NCBI GenBank assembly: GCA_003568945.1
Contig: BDIP01000046.1
Coordinates: 1 to 36,500, forward strand
Source of the DNA: Kipferlia bialata
Lineage: Eukaryota
Direction: 5' to 3'
Length of the DNA stretch: 36,500 bases
The number at the start of each line of letters is the position of its first letter. The first letter of the stretch is position 1. The notes below the pieces were generated by a model that was not told the DNA's origin, ran no database searches, and saw only the letters and a list, made by a program, of their open reading frames with translations. Shown piece after piece: positions 35,650-36,500 of this stretch. The position numbers were made by a program, and so were the translations under genes.

Positions 35650-36500
35650 AGAATGAATATATACATATATATAGTACCTGAACTCCGCCATGTCACTCAT
35701 GAATGTGAGGCTGAGGGGCACGTCACTGAGTGCTGGGATGATGCCCTTGGCCGGGGTCACAGACAGAGGCATCTCCTCAGACAGCCAGTCCTGCTCGCCT
35801 CGCTTCCCCTTCTTCTTGAGGGTGGAGGAGGTGCTGCCTAGCTCAACCTAATGATTAGGGGAGCTATATATATATATATATGTATGGAGATCTACACAAG
35901 TATATATATAGAGAGAGAGTATTGAGGGTGGAAGAGGTGCTGCCAAGCTCAACCTAATGATTAGAGGGATGGATAGACACATAAATGCAGCAGTGTGTGG
36001 TTACTGTAGGATGTACCTGGGGCACCCCGCCCTCCCCCTGTGTCATCTTGCCCTGGACAAAGGACACATTGTACCGGAGGGGCATGGGGGAGGGGTTGCG
36101 AAGGGTAAGAGATGTCTCTCTGCCTTCGAGGAAGGAGACCCTACCGAGGTCTAGAGAGGATACTGCGTGTCAGATGAATGTACAGTGCGGCATCAGGAGA
36201 GCATGGCGACATCCCACCAGTATCAGTATCAGATTCAGTTTCCCAGTAGGCCACTATCCACTCCCCACCTGGCTGCTGTGTGTATGCGTCCAACAGGAGC
36301 AGAGCCGTCTGCATGACTGTGCAGTTGACATCCACTATGGTGGAGCCCCTGGTCAGGGTGTCCTGCTCACTGCTCAGTCTGATCAATGCTCTGTACACAC
36401 CGGCAGCACTGCCACAGAACTCAACTGTCACCTAGGAGTCAGGAGAGAGAGAGGGGGGGGGGGGGTCAGTGATTAACAGAGAGAGAGAGGGGTACCTTCT
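26709..36500 (-). CDS. CFAP47: Cilia- and flagella-associated protein 47-like (ASH/PapD-like Ig domains + CH domains), roughly 45 introns; 5' end outside window, 3' end unresolved
   Basis: Spliced peptides match the CFAP47 order: DIGIEPASGLIPP; IILQNR..PPRGIVPP..VTFTWTP; VDFGQCPVG..ELRNTG..VAGGKALTVQLTGKAETP; CH-like EQQLLTWLNFH..VTSFD..IMALVYSHCP; LRLTNPT..IQY; VNIKNDF..GRFEVTLV; LRFRPLYPGTYKC. Confidence 0.85.
28435..28468. repeat. Intronic 7-mer tandem repeat (CTATACA)n, about 5 copies
   Basis: ctatacactatacactatacactatacactatac. Confidence 0.9.

Overview
Gene-dense, intron-rich eukaryotic draft-genome DNA with GC-rich exons, AT/microsatellite-rich GT-AG introns and one N gap. Intron style, gene content and compactness resemble a free-living fornicate flagellate such as Kipferlia; this is an inference and not provable from the window. 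Genes in order: a fragmentary minus-strand multi-exon coiled-coil/ER-rich gene (about 0.7-5 kb); a 5'-truncated 16-exon coiled-coil gene; ABCE1/RLI1; an intronless divergent TPR protein resembling SRP72; a 4-exon protein with CTFxP-type repeats, head-to-head with CFAP161; an FCP1-type CTD phosphatase; a WD40 protein resembling EED/ESC with a long basic N-terminus; a prokaryote-like metallophosphoesterase with 5 introns; and a roughly 45-intron CFAP47 that breaks off at a poly-G tract. The most striking non-genic patterns are branch points placed directly against the 3' splice site, repeated intronic copies of neighbouring splice-site/exon edges, a probable GC-AG intron, and a frame-incompatible junction across the poly-G tract (misassembly or split gene). 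No RNA genes, CRISPR arrays or transposases were recognised. All family calls come from recalled motifs; no database search was run.
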